From Syntrophales bacterium (lineage in GTDB: Bacteria; Desulfobacterota; Syntrophia; Syntrophales; UBA8958): a stretch of 64,000 bases of DNA. This document shows positions 38,381 to 45,665 of this stretch, in pieces. How positions within the stretch are numbered: position 1 is the stretch's first letter; every line of letters begins with the position of its first letter. The stretch is from the NCBI GenBank assembly GCA_026416455.1, contig JAOAFE010000009.1:6460-70459 (forward strand). Reading direction: 5' to 3'. Under the pieces are notes generated by a model, which had not been told where the DNA came from, searched no databases, and worked only from the letters and a program-made list of their open reading frames with translations. The translations under genes were made by a program, and so were the position numbers.

Positions 38381-38979
38381 GTAATGGACGCTACATTATA
38401 GTTCTGTCCCTTCTGGTGTTGGCGGGAGTGGCAAGTTATCTCATAAAATCCCGGACGGTAGATTCAGGGCCCCTCCTGCCTCATCATCTACCGGAGCAAA
38501 TAAAAGAATGGGTCGGAACGCCGTTTAGTACCCTGATGCCTTCCGATTTAAGGCCTGGGGATTACATGTTAAGGGAGTATCGGAAGGAAGGAGGAGTAGC
38601 TATTAAGATGATGGTCGTATTTAGCCCCACAGAAAACTATCACCCTCCCGCCCTTTGCTATCGCGGCATCGGTTTGAAGACGTTTTATTTACCTCCCCTC
38701 GTTAGTTCTTCTGGCAGAATTGTATTGGCCGGACTGGGGGCCCATGTGGTTAATGAATCCATTTCCGTATATCACGGTTTTTATATTTCCGGTCGTATCA
38801 TGCCGGACGGCATAGGAAAAAAAATGTACGAGGTACGGGAGCGTATAAAAAAAGGAAGAGTAGAGCAGTACTTTCTCGAGGTGATGTTATCGGTCGAAAA
38901 GGGCAAGGAGAGCATGGCACGGGAAACGGTGAAATCTTTTGTCGATCTAATGGAGCCTTACTTGCTCGATGTACGTTGA
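38377..38979 (+). CDS. EpsI-family exosortase-associated protein
   Basis: Start at ATG 38377 (ATGA overlap with the exosortase stop). N-terminal TM, IKEWVG...DYMLREY...HPPALCYRGIGL resembling the EpsI pattern. Confidence 0.65.
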   Translation: MSNGRYIIVLSLLVLAGVASYLIKSRTVDSGPLLPHHLPEQIKEWVGTPFSTLMPSDLRPGDYMLREYRKEGGVAIKMMVVFSPTENYHPPALCYRGIGLKTFYLPPLVSSSGRIVLAGLGAHVVNESISVYHGFYISGRIMPDGIGKKMYEVRERIKKGRVEQYFLEVMLSVEKGKESMARETVKSFVDLMEPYLLDVR

Positions 38980-38985
38980 TGTTTT

Positions 38986-39001
38986 TGGAAAAAAAGTTGC
39001 C
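38986..39001 (+). promoter_or_regulatory. candidate sigma-54 (-24/-12) promoter upstream of the HD-GYP gene
   Basis: TGGAAAAAAAGTTGCC. GG and GC are separated exactly as in the TGGCAC-N5-TTGC consensus, but the other consensus positions are poorly matched. About 70 nt upstream of ATG 39072. Confidence 0.3.
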
Positions 39002-39071
39002 AATTTGCGAAAAAAGAGTTAAATTTTAAAAAAAATCGTGCATTATAGTGATTAGGGGGAGTTGAAGCCAA

Positions 39072-40493
39072 ATGAAAGCCTCGGATTTGGCAAAAGGCAT
39101 CTTAAAGAAATCGGAGAAAGAACCTGCAGTGATGGATGAAGGGCAAAAAGAAGAAGAAACGAAGCCCCTTCCGGAAGAGGTATCTGAAGAGAAACCGAAG
39201 CGAAAGATGCCTGCCTTTAGATTGAGTGACTTAGGAATTTTAGATCTGCCTATAGATGATAGTGTACAGGCAAAGACTGTATCTCCCCGTATGGACGTCG
39301 AACCCAAATCGGATGCGGAGGCAGAAGTGGCAGGCGAGAAAGAGATGGCAACACCGAAGGATATTTCTCCAACAGAGGTGAAAAGAGGTTCTTCCTTTCG
39401 TCTGAGTGATTTGATGGTAGAGGAAAAACCAGCTCCTACCTCTGTGGGAGAGGTGCCGCATGAAGAGATTTTATTGACCCCCGAAACTGAAAAAATGGAA
39501 AATCTCACACGTGAGGATGAAGTAGAGGAAAAAGAACCGATCCGACAGGAGGAAGAGAAATCAGTTTCCCCGATGGCCATTACCATCGCAGAGACGATAG
39601 ATGCATCATATCTCTATACGATAGCCAAGGTTTATCTTTCCGATTTAAAAGAAAGGGTAAGAAAGGGACTAAGTATAGACATCCGGCCTGTGGCGGAAGT
39701 GATGGGGCGTTTAATAAAGGAAAACTTAGTCACCGACGAAATCACTCAAGGTATAGCCCGCCTGAGCGGAGCAGAGGAATATTACGTGTCCCACGCCGTG
39801 AACACAGCCGCCTATGCGGTAAGGGTAGGTCGAGGGTTGGGGTACGAGTTTGAAGAATTAAGGGAACTCGCGATGGCCGGTTTCTTATGCGACATTGGTC
39901 TTTTCAAAATACCGGAAGACATTCTGAACAAACAGGGGCACCTTTCCTCGCAGGAGGTTAATCTGATAAAATCCCACACAGAGATTGCCGTCGAGCTGCT
40001 TGCTCCCGTGGCTACTACCTACCCCCTCATGATCAGGGCCATAAGAGAGCATCATGAACGGGAAAATGGGCAAGGCTATCCCAAAGGTCTCAAAGGTGAA
40101 GAGATTTCGGAATTTGCCAAGATTATAGGTATCTGTGACTCGTATGTAGCAATGACCCATAACCGTCCACACAAAAAGGCCCTGATCCAGACGGAGACAA
40201 TTAGGGAACTCATCTCCATGAAGGGAAATTTCTTTTCGGCTAAAATCATTAAGGCCTTTCTGGACGAGATTTCCATCTTCCCTGTTGGAAGTTACGTGGT
40301 TCTTAATAATCGCATGATCGGAGAGGTCGTGGCGACGAACCGTTACAGCCCGTTCAAACCGACGGTTAAGATTATCTTTGACGAGCATGGCCGCAAGCTC
40401 GATAGTCCTCGTGAGGTCGATCTCATGAAGAATCCCATTCTCAATATAGAGAGCAATATTTCCTTTGAAGACCTGCCAAAAGAGGGCTCATGA
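39072..40493 (+). CDS. HD-GYP domain protein (putative c-di-GMP phosphodiesterase) with a long disordered N-terminal region
   Basis: C-terminal HD...HHERENGQGYPKGL motif. The N-terminal ~170 aa are E/K/P-rich. Confidence 0.85.
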   Translation: MKASDLAKGILKKSEKEPAVMDEGQKEEETKPLPEEVSEEKPKRKMPAFRLSDLGILDLPIDDSVQAKTVSPRMDVEPKSDAEAEVAGEKEMATPKDISPTEVKRGSSFRLSDLMVEEKPAPTSVGEVPHEEILLTPETEKMENLTREDEVEEKEPIRQEEEKSVSPMAITIAETIDASYLYTIAKVYLSDLKERVRKGLSIDIRPVAEVMGRLIKENLVTDEITQGIARLSGAEEYYVSHAVNTAAYAVRVGRGLGYEFEELRELAMAGFLCDIGLFKIPEDILNKQGHLSSQEVNLIKSHTEIAVELLAPVATTYPLMIRAIREHHERENGQGYPKGLKGEEISEFAKIIGICDSYVAMTHNRPHKKALIQTETIRELISMKGNFFSAKIIKAFLDEISIFPVGSYVVLNNRMIGEVVATNRYSPFKPTVKIIFDEHGRKLDSPREVDLMKNPILNIESNISFEDLPKEGS

Positions 40494-41395
40494 ACGGGGA
40501 AATATGCTGCCATCATTTGCAGGCCCGTCTAGAGGCATGCGATGATGTGGCAGAGATGGTAGTAAGGCGCCTTAAGGTGCTGCTTCCCGTTTTTTTTGTG
40601 GAAGATGAGAGAAATGCCTCTTTAGTACTTGAAATTTCGTTCCTAAAAAACGATTTAAAGCCTGCTTTCCCCATTGAACCTGTTTTGATCTCCCATTCCC
40701 ATATGTCATGGGGAGGTATGAAGACGGTAAGTAACGGCACGGCGATCGGTTTCCTCAATGGACTCCTTTCCTTCTACTGGGGGGAGGGAAAGGCAAAATT
40801 GGTACTTTTCGCCGACAGAGAGGGGAACAATTTTCTTACGGGCAGTGCTCATCGCTTGCTATTCGTCTCCTTTGCTCTGTGGGCAGCGGAGCATAACGAA
40901 TATCTCGTGCACGGTGCCGCTTTTGGAAATAAAAAGAGGGGCTTCCTCTTCTGGGGATCATCAGGGGCAGGTAAGTCGACGATCTCTGCTTTTTTCCCGC
41001 CGGATGAGTTTTTTTCCGATGAGGCGCCGCTACTTTACAGAAAGAATGGATCATTTTATTGCGCCCGAACCCCTTTCAATCAAACAGTAACTATAGACTC
41101 TTCTTCGTTAGCTTCGTCCCGTATTAAAAGGTGTTTTTTTCTCCACAAACATGATAAATTATTCATCACCCAACGGGATAGAAGGACGGCGCTTGCGGAG
41201 ATCATGAAGGGGCATATTCATGGTTTTCCTTTTATGCCCCGGGAGGTAAAAAAGAAGGCCTTTGACTTCTTTCTTGATTTTTCCTATGCTGTCCCGGCGT
41301 TCGATCTTTACTTTCCCCCGCCAGGTGACATCTCAATCGTATGGAAAAAAGAGGGAGCAAATAATGGGTTATCAAAGAAAAATTCAAATTCGTAA
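40490..41395 (+). CDS. HPr kinase-related P-loop protein (HprK C-terminal-like), unknown function
   Basis: LVHGAAFGNKKRGFLFWGSSGAGKSTIS mirrors the HprK catalytic-domain motif LHG...G.L..G.SG.GKS. ATGA overlap with the HD-GYP stop. Confidence 0.6.
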   Translation: MNGEICCHHLQARLEACDDVAEMVVRRLKVLLPVFFVEDERNASLVLEISFLKNDLKPAFPIEPVLISHSHMSWGGMKTVSNGTAIGFLNGLLSFYWGEGKAKLVLFADREGNNFLTGSAHRLLFVSFALWAAEHNEYLVHGAAFGNKKRGFLFWGSSGAGKSTISAFFPPDEFFSDEAPLLYRKNGSFYCARTPFNQTVTIDSSSLASSRIKRCFFLHKHDKLFITQRDRRTALAEIMKGHIHGFPFMPREVKKKAFDFFLDFSYAVPAFDLYFPPPGDISIVWKKEGANNGLSKKNSNS

Positions 41396-41942
41396 AGAGA
41401 AGAGCTGGATAAATTATATTGTGGTTGCAGGCTTACTTATCTTTTTTCTCTTGGGATTTTCCTTTTATATTTTACCGTTCGTTCGATATTATCAAATGGA
41501 GCAGGCCATTGCCGCCGGAGATGCCGGGGCAGTAATTAACTATATCGATACGGCGGAGCTCAAGCGCAATATCTTAAAAAGGCAGAAATCGGTCTTCATC
41601 GAGAAAAAGGGCACCCCTTTAGGAGGAGGCCCCGTTACACTCGTTGATCTTGCGGTCAAGTGGTATGAAAGAATTTCCTCCCCGGATTTTGAGCGGTTCT
41701 TTACCACCCAGGGTATTTACGCCCTCATGGGAGAGCTGGAGAAAGGAAAGCCAGAGGAAGAGGGGGTGTTTGCCCTGGCCAGTCGGGTGATAAGTAATAG
41801 CTCATTTGAATATCAATCACTGGATAGATTTTCTATCAAAGTTAAGGATATGCGCGGGCGCTTCGTGGGTTACGTTACTTTTGATTTTGCCCGAGAGGGG
41901 GTAAATTGGCAGCTCGTGGATATCAAATTTCCCCTTTTTTAA
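41364..41942 (+). CDS. DUF2939-like membrane-anchored protein
   Basis: Start at ATG 41364 behind GAGGGAG. N-terminal TM, then MEQAIAAGDAGAVINYIDTAELKRNILKR, which resembles the DUF2939 signature as I recall it. Confidence 0.5.
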   Translation: MGYQRKIQIRKEKSWINYIVVAGLLIFFLLGFSFYILPFVRYYQMEQAIAAGDAGAVINYIDTAELKRNILKRQKSVFIEKKGTPLGGGPVTLVDLAVKWYERISSPDFERFFTTQGIYALMGELEKGKPEEEGVFALASRVISNSSFEYQSLDRFSIKVKDMRGRFVGYVTFDFAREGVNWQLVDIKFPLF

Positions 41943-42310
41943 GCCAAAACCAGGTTTAAATGCAGGAGGATAGAGAGAGTAAAGGCCGTATCATCCTTCG
42001 CCTGAGCGAGAGGGAGATCGTATTTTCTTCTAAGGGCATAGGCAATTTCATTTCCTGTGCGTTTGCCATTACACAGAGAGAAAACGAAGGCCGCCGTTTC
42101 GTTTAGAGCTACATGGCCTACCACCGTGCCGTTGGGTATAGGTTCAACCTTTAGATCTTGGTTCCGTACAGGTCTCGTCTTTAGGAGAGAGTCTAATTTC
42201 GCCTGATGAATAAATTCTCGCGCTTCCGAAAGCTTTAAAGAGGGGAAAATGGAAGCGGCTCCTAGGGCCAACGATGCTGTGAGGAGACTGCGCCTGGATA
42301 TATTGCTCAT
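41939..42310 (-). CDS. PqqD-family (RRE-like) protein with a twin-arginine signal peptide
   Basis: N-terminus MSNISRRSLLTASLALGAASIF (Tat-type SRRxLL + h-region). C-terminal HVALNETAAFVFSLCNGKRTGNEIAYALRRKYDLPLAQAKDDTAFTLSILLHLNLV matches the PqqD fold pattern. ATGA overlap with the upstream ATPase. Confidence 0.65.
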   Translation of the reverse strand: MSNISRRSLLTASLALGAASIFPSLKLSEAREFIHQAKLDSLLKTRPVRNQDLKVEPIPNGTVVGHVALNETAAFVFSLCNGKRTGNEIAYALRRKYDLPLAQAKDDTAFTLSILLHLNLVLA

Positions 42311-43101
42311 AAAGAATCTTCCACCACCTTTTCTACGATCGACTTATCTATTTCCCTGGCTTTTAGGGTGAATCCGAGGAGTAGAGATAAGTCACATATA
42401 TTGTTTATCTTTCGCGGGATTCCCTCGGAGTAATGAAAAATAGATTCAATCGCTTCCGGATTAAAGATGGGCTCTCTTTTTCCCGCCTTTTCCAAACGGA
42501 AATTTATATATTCCCTCGTCTCCTCAGCATTTAAAGGGTTTATATGGTACCGAATGGCTATTCTTTGATCCAGTTGCTTTAGTTTGCGGATCGTATCAGC
42601 CAGTTCGGGCTGGCCGACGAGTAAAACAGTGAGGAGAAAGCGGTCGTTAAGCTGGAAATTGAGAAGTAGCCTGATTTCTTCAAATGTTTCAAGCGGGATA
42701 ATTTGCGCCTCATCGACAATTAGAATGGTATTCTTTCCTTGACCCATGTTTTCCATGAGTTTCTGGTTGAAAATGTTGAGAATCTGCGTTTTAGAATCTG
42801 AATTTGTCTCCAGGCCTAATTCGAGCAAAGCTTCCTTCAGAAAATCGATTGGCTTAAGGCTCGGGTTGGTAATAAGACCGATATCGAATTCTTTTTCCGG
42901 GAGGTTTTGAATGAGGACCCGACTCAAGGTCGTTTTCCCACTTCCCACCTCGCCCGTAATCAAGGCTGCTCCTTTCATGCGTTTAATCACATAGGTCATC
43001 CTCACCAGGGCTTCCTTATGCTCCGTTGAGTAGAACATAAAGTTCGGATCGGGAACATTTTCGAAAGGATATCTGTTTAATTCCCAGTATTGGAGATACA
43101 T
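42307..43101 (-). CDS. ExeA-like AAA ATPase (PEP-CTERM-locus putative secretion ATPase type)
   Basis: Start chosen at MYLQYWELNRYPFENVPDP (AAGGTG Shine-Dalgarno), the usual ExeA-type N-terminus. Walker A GEVGSGKTT, Walker B ILIVDEAQ. Confidence 0.8.
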   Translation of the reverse strand: MYLQYWELNRYPFENVPDPNFMFYSTEHKEALVRMTYVIKRMKGAALITGEVGSGKTTLSRVLIQNLPEKEFDIGLITNPSLKPIDFLKEALLELGLETNSDSKTQILNIFNQKLMENMGQGKNTILIVDEAQIIPLETFEEIRLLLNFQLNDRFLLTVLLVGQPELADTIRKLKQLDQRIAIRYHINPLNAEETREYINFRLEKAGKREPIFNPEAIESIFHYSEGIPRKINNICDLSLLLGFTLKAREIDKSIVEKVVEDSL

Positions 43102-43562
43102 TTCAATACACCTTGAATTGACATGTAGATTTCGGAAAAACATTGTCGATATTTTAACGGTGACAGCCGATACGGATCGCCTATATCCCCGTTTTTCCCG
43201 TCATACTCCCGCGAACAAGTTTTAAGTAGACGAATTTTGGAGGCAAATTCGGGATAAGTGTCCTTAATTTTTTCCTTCTGTGAATGCTCCATAACGAAAA
43301 CCCAATCGGCCTCTTCCATCATCTCCTTAGTTAGGAGACGCGCTCGATGGCCATAGAGGGGATAACCCATTTCCGCCACTATCTGCTCGGCCGTTTTGTC
43401 GACCTCTACTCCGTTCATTGGTATCAGTCCCGCCGAGGCAACGGCTATATCTGTTCGTCCGGCTTTTCTCAATTTGCCTTTTAATATGGCCTCGGCCATA
43501 TAACTCCGCACAATGTTGGCGGTACAAACAAAAAGTATTTTCATGATATTTAAAATTACCAT
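43077..43562 (-). CDS. low-molecular-weight protein tyrosine phosphatase
   Basis: Active-site CTANIVRS (C-x5-R-S) at the N-terminus and a DIGDPY Asp loop. Confidence 0.85.
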   Translation of the reverse strand: MVILNIMKILFVCTANIVRSYMAEAILKGKLRKAGRTDIAVASAGLIPMNGVEVDKTAEQIVAEMGYPLYGHRARLLTKEMMEEADWVFVMEHSQKEKIKDTYPEFASKIRLLKTCSREYDGKNGDIGDPYRLSPLKYRQCFSEIYMSIQGVLKCISNTGN

Positions 43563-43645
43563 TTTTTTTTCACTTGTAAAGATTAATTTTTTGTTTTTAG
43601 TAGCAATGTGGCAAATAACGTTGATAGATTTCGGGAGAGATAAGA

Positions 43646-44479
43646 ATGGACATTACACGGCGCTCCGTATTTTTTGTTTCTGATAGCACAGCCATTACGG
43701 CTGAAACCTTAGGTCACTGTCTATTGGCACAGTTTGATCATATCAGATATGAGCCCATCACCTTTCCCTTTATCGATACCTTAGAGAAGGCAGAAAAGGT
43801 AGTTCAACAGATAAATCGCGAGGCTGAAACAACGGGTTTAGCTCCCATTATATTCAGTACTCTAATAGATAAGGAAATTAGAGATACCGTCAAAAAGGGT
43901 CGGGGAGTTTTTTTGGACCTCTTTGACACGTATTTAGAAATTCTGGAGCGGGAATTAAGCGTTCCTTCTTTGCACATGGTGGGCCGCTATCATAGTGTAT
44001 CAGATGTAAGTAGTTACGATGTAAGAATCGACGCCATAAATTATGCTTTGCAAGCGGATGATGGTACAGGAACAAAAGAATACGATCGGGCAGATATAAT
44101 TCTTCTCGGAGTCTCCCGAGCGGGGAAGACCCCAACGTGCCTATATTTGGGAATGCAATTCGGTATATACGCGGCTAATTATCCACTTACCGAAGAAGAC
44201 CTGCTGGGAAAAAGAGGAGAGATGCCCGTGGTTCTTCTTCCTTTTCGCCATAAGTTATATGGGCTCACCATCAATCCCGAACGCCTCCAAAAGATACGGT
44301 CTCAAAGGCGGCCAAATAGCCGCTATGCGTCATTTTCTCAGTGCCGTATGGAAGTGGAGGCGGCAGAGGCCTTCTTTGACAAATGGGCCATTCCCTATCT
44401 CAACGTGACCACCATGTCGGTCGAGGAGATTGCTTCGAAGATTTTGCACGAGACAAATTTGGGTCGCCGCGTCTGGTAA
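43646..44479 (+). CDS. ppsR: phosphoenolpyruvate synthase / pyruvate phosphate dikinase regulatory protein (DUF299 kinase/pyrophosphorylase)
   Basis: VFFVSDSTAITAE N-terminus and P-loop LLGVSRAGKTPTCLYL. Confidence 0.85.
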   Translation: MDITRRSVFFVSDSTAITAETLGHCLLAQFDHIRYEPITFPFIDTLEKAEKVVQQINREAETTGLAPIIFSTLIDKEIRDTVKKGRGVFLDLFDTYLEILERELSVPSLHMVGRYHSVSDVSSYDVRIDAINYALQADDGTGTKEYDRADIILLGVSRAGKTPTCLYLGMQFGIYAANYPLTEEDLLGKRGEMPVVLLPFRHKLYGLTINPERLQKIRSQRRPNSRYASFSQCRMEVEAAEAFFDKWAIPYLNVTTMSVEEIASKILHETNLGRRVW

Positions 44480-44482
44480 ATG

Positions 44483-45589
44483 TTACAAGGAGAGGACGAA
44501 ACAACCGTTTTTATTCACAATGAAATCGTCTACCCAAACTTCCCCGCCCGTGCGCAGGTCGCATATCATGTCCCAGTGAATAGCTGAGCGATTTCTACTG
44601 CCTGTTTCCGGATATCCGGCACCTAAGGCAAGGTGAAAGGTGCCTCCTATTTTTTCGTCAAACAGAATCTCGCGGGTAAATTGGCTGATGCCTTTGTTCG
44701 TTCCTAAGGCAAATTCACCGACGTAAGAGGCGCCTTCGTCAGTTGAGATTATCTTTTGCAGAAAATCTTCATTTTTTTCCGCCCGCGCTTCTACTACGCG
44801 TCCCTCCTTAAAGACGAGCCTAATACCCGATACTTCTCTTCCCTCATATATTGCCGGGTAAGAGAAGGTAACGTAACCTTCGACACTTCTCTCTTCAGGT
44901 CCTGTGAATATTTCTCCATCCGGCATGTTGTGGTGTCCATCACAGTTTATAAAGCGCCGGTTCTCGATCGAGAGACGCAAGTCCGTACCGGCAGATACTA
45001 TACGAACCCTTTTTTTTCCTTCCAGCCAGCGGCATAGCTTTTCTTGCCATTTTGAAAAGGTTTGCCAGTAGAGAACGGGATCTTTTTCATCGGGCATACA
45101 CGCGCGGTAGACAAATTCTTCAAAATCGAGAAGAGACATTTCCGCATCTTGGGCGTAAGCGTCCGTGGGGAATAGGGTAACTACCCATTTAAGTGATCCC
45201 TCTGCCGCTCGTTTCAGGAAGGTATCCATGTACTGCCTCCGCCCTTGGCGATGGCGTGAGATCTTGGCGGGATCTATTTTGCTCAATGCGCGAGTGTTGT
45301 TATCGCTCAGAACGGAGATGGATGCATCGAAAGTTTCTATAGCCAAAAGCATGGGAGGGGGGAGAAACATGAGCTGGTCATCGGAAGCGAAGCGGTAAAA
45401 TATTTCTTCTTGTCCCGGTAGAGAGATGTGCATGAAAGGGTAGCCTCCATTTTTTAAGACCGCTGCGTATATGGCCGAAAGAAGAGGAGACGCCAGAGCC
45501 GACCCTTGTATCAGTACCTTTTCTTTCGGTTTCAGGGCGATCGAATAACGGACCAGTAAATCGGCTAGTTTGTCAATTCTATGATCCAT
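44483..45589 (-). CDS. M29-family aminopeptidase (AmpS/PepS/aminopeptidase T-like)
   Basis: LADLLVRYSIALKPKEKVLI N-terminus, NMPDGEIFTGP and IHWDMI motifs characteristic of thermophilic metalloaminopeptidases. Confidence 0.8.
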   Translation of the reverse strand: MDHRIDKLADLLVRYSIALKPKEKVLIQGSALASPLLSAIYAAVLKNGGYPFMHISLPGQEEIFYRFASDDQLMFLPPPMLLAIETFDASISVLSDNNTRALSKIDPAKISRHRQGRRQYMDTFLKRAAEGSLKWVVTLFPTDAYAQDAEMSLLDFEEFVYRACMPDEKDPVLYWQTFSKWQEKLCRWLEGKKRVRIVSAGTDLRLSIENRRFINCDGHHNMPDGEIFTGPEERSVEGYVTFSYPAIYEGREVSGIRLVFKEGRVVEARAEKNEDFLQKIISTDEGASYVGEFALGTNKGISQFTREILFDEKIGGTFHLALGAGYPETGSRNRSAIHWDMICDLRTGGEVWVDDFIVNKNGCFVLSL

Positions 45590-45608
45590 ATCCCATACCT
45601 GGAGAGAC

Positions 45609-45642
45609 CGAGGGAGGTATCCCCTTTTGGATACCTCCCTCG
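45609..45642 (-). other. perfect 14-bp stem-loop between hydA stop and aminopeptidase start (terminator-like, no U-tract)
   Basis: CGAGGGAGGTATCC (45609-45622) / GGATACCTCCCTCG (45629-45642) with a 6-nt loop. On the minus strand it is not followed by a T-run. Confidence 0.4.
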
Positions 45643-45665
45643 TTTAATGGTCGGAAGTTTTTCGC

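Noticed and set aside
39026-39586. A 186-aa minus-strand ORF antisense to the 5' part of the HD-GYP gene.
   Set aside because: It is a serine/phenylalanine-rich low-complexity translation, the mirror image of the E/K-rich sense frame. It has no start context or motifs. This is the classic shadow ORF of a compositionally biased gene.
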